Shown here in pieces: positions 7,041 to 7,792 of a DNA stretch of 7,792 bases. The stretch comes from Paramicrosporidium saccamoebae KSL3. Its lineage: Eukaryota; Fungi; Cryptomycota. The notes under the pieces are model-generated. The model was given only the letters and a program-made list of their open reading frames with translations. It was not told the DNA's origin and made no database searches. The stretch covers positions 1-7,792 of the forward strand of contig MTSL01000016.1 in assembly GCA_002794465.1 (NCBI GenBank), in the 5' to 3' direction. The position numbers were made by a program, and so were the translations under genes. How positions within the stretch are numbered: position 1 is the first letter of the stretch; every line of letters starts with the position of its first letter.

Positions 7041-7792
7041 TTACAGGACATTCACCGAGGACTCTACAGGGACAGAGATTAATGCTTCAAGTGCTACTCT
7101 GGCCGCACATTGATCCAAGCGAGTGCGATGCTCCAAGTTGGTTAAGAATTCATTATTAGGACGATCAGCAACGACAATGTGAACAGCAGAGGCCCAGATT
7201 GGACTCGACGGATCACTGGCATTGGATGCCAAATGCAGCAACTGGCCAGTTTCCATTTCCAACGATGTGACGCCACGAGCAAGTAGCTTCTGCACGAGCT
7301 TTCCATTGACATCGTTAAATTCACCACTTGGGCGTCCTTGAGATGAATAAAAACTATCACTAGAAGCATTAACACCTCTCAGAACGCTTTCTTGTCCGAG
7401 CTGCAGACATGCTTCTTTAATTAGAGATTCTGTCAGCTTTTTGTGCGGAAGACAAGCCTTGGATATCATATACGGTTCTTCATCTAGACTTGCTGCAAGC
7501 TCTGAGCTAAAGGGAAAATCATAGTTCCGCTGCACCATCAAAGATCCTTGGTCTGGAATGGCCAACATTCCAATTCCACCGCCCGAGATGGCACCACACG
7601 TCCCGACCCTGATCACTACCAACGTGCCTTTGACAACCGCACGTACCTCGCGCACAAAGAAATCCATGTTTGGGTATCCCATCCCAATCGACACGACAGA
7701 GACTGCTTGGCCTCTGTATCGTCCCGTATAGGTTAGGAAACCACGCGAAGAGCGATATCCATAGACTCCGTTAATGTCAGAAGTGCATCCTG
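7041..7792 (-). CDS. Uridine phosphorylase-like nucleoside phosphorylase (PNP_UDP_1 family), 5'-truncated by the window edge
   Basis: Frame is open from the edge to TAA 7043-7041: ...SSRGFLTYTGRYRGQAVSVVSIGMGYPNMDFFVRE...IRVGTCG...SSDSFYSSQGR...SLEMET. The ORF track's 7694 start is an internal GTG. Confidence 0.88.
   Translation of the reverse strand, partial: GCTSDINGVYGYRSSRGFLTYTGRYRGQAVSVVSIGMGYPNMDFFVREVRAVVKGTLVVIRVGTCGAISGGGIGMLAIPDQGSLMVQRNYDFPFSSELAASLDEEPYMISKACLPHKKLTESLIKEACLQLGQESVLRGVNASSDSFYSSQGRPSGEFNDVNGKLVQKLLARGVTSLEMETGQLLHLASNASDPSSPIWASAVHIVVADRPNNEFLTNLEHRTRLDQCAARVALEALISVPVESSVNVL

Overview
A gene-dense, intron-poor eukaryotic housekeeping region with seven protein-coding genes. 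In order: the 3' end of a probable (Ser-Gly)n-tailed gene at the left edge; DPM1 (+); a membrane-anchored class I HMG-CoA reductase (-); a myosin II regulatory light chain (-, true start upstream of the ORF-track call across a 41-nt intron); RPB10 (+, missed by the ORF track, split by 33- and 34-nt introns); an Elg1/ATAD5-like RFC-family AAA+ protein (+); and a 5'-truncated uridine phosphorylase-like gene (-). Intergenic gaps are mostly 69-210 bp. Tiny introns, compaction and fungal/animal-type proteins suggest a reduced opisthokont genome such as an early-diverging fungal or microsporidia-related lineage (inference only). I found no mobile element, CRISPR array or RNA gene, and no convincing new biological system. 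The most notable signals are several short tandem arrays (25-nt, 24-nt, 27-nt) at gene ends and inside HMGR, a shared E2F-like TTGGCGGGA motif at two start codons, non-consensus micro-intron donors, and an unexplained 530-bp gap.
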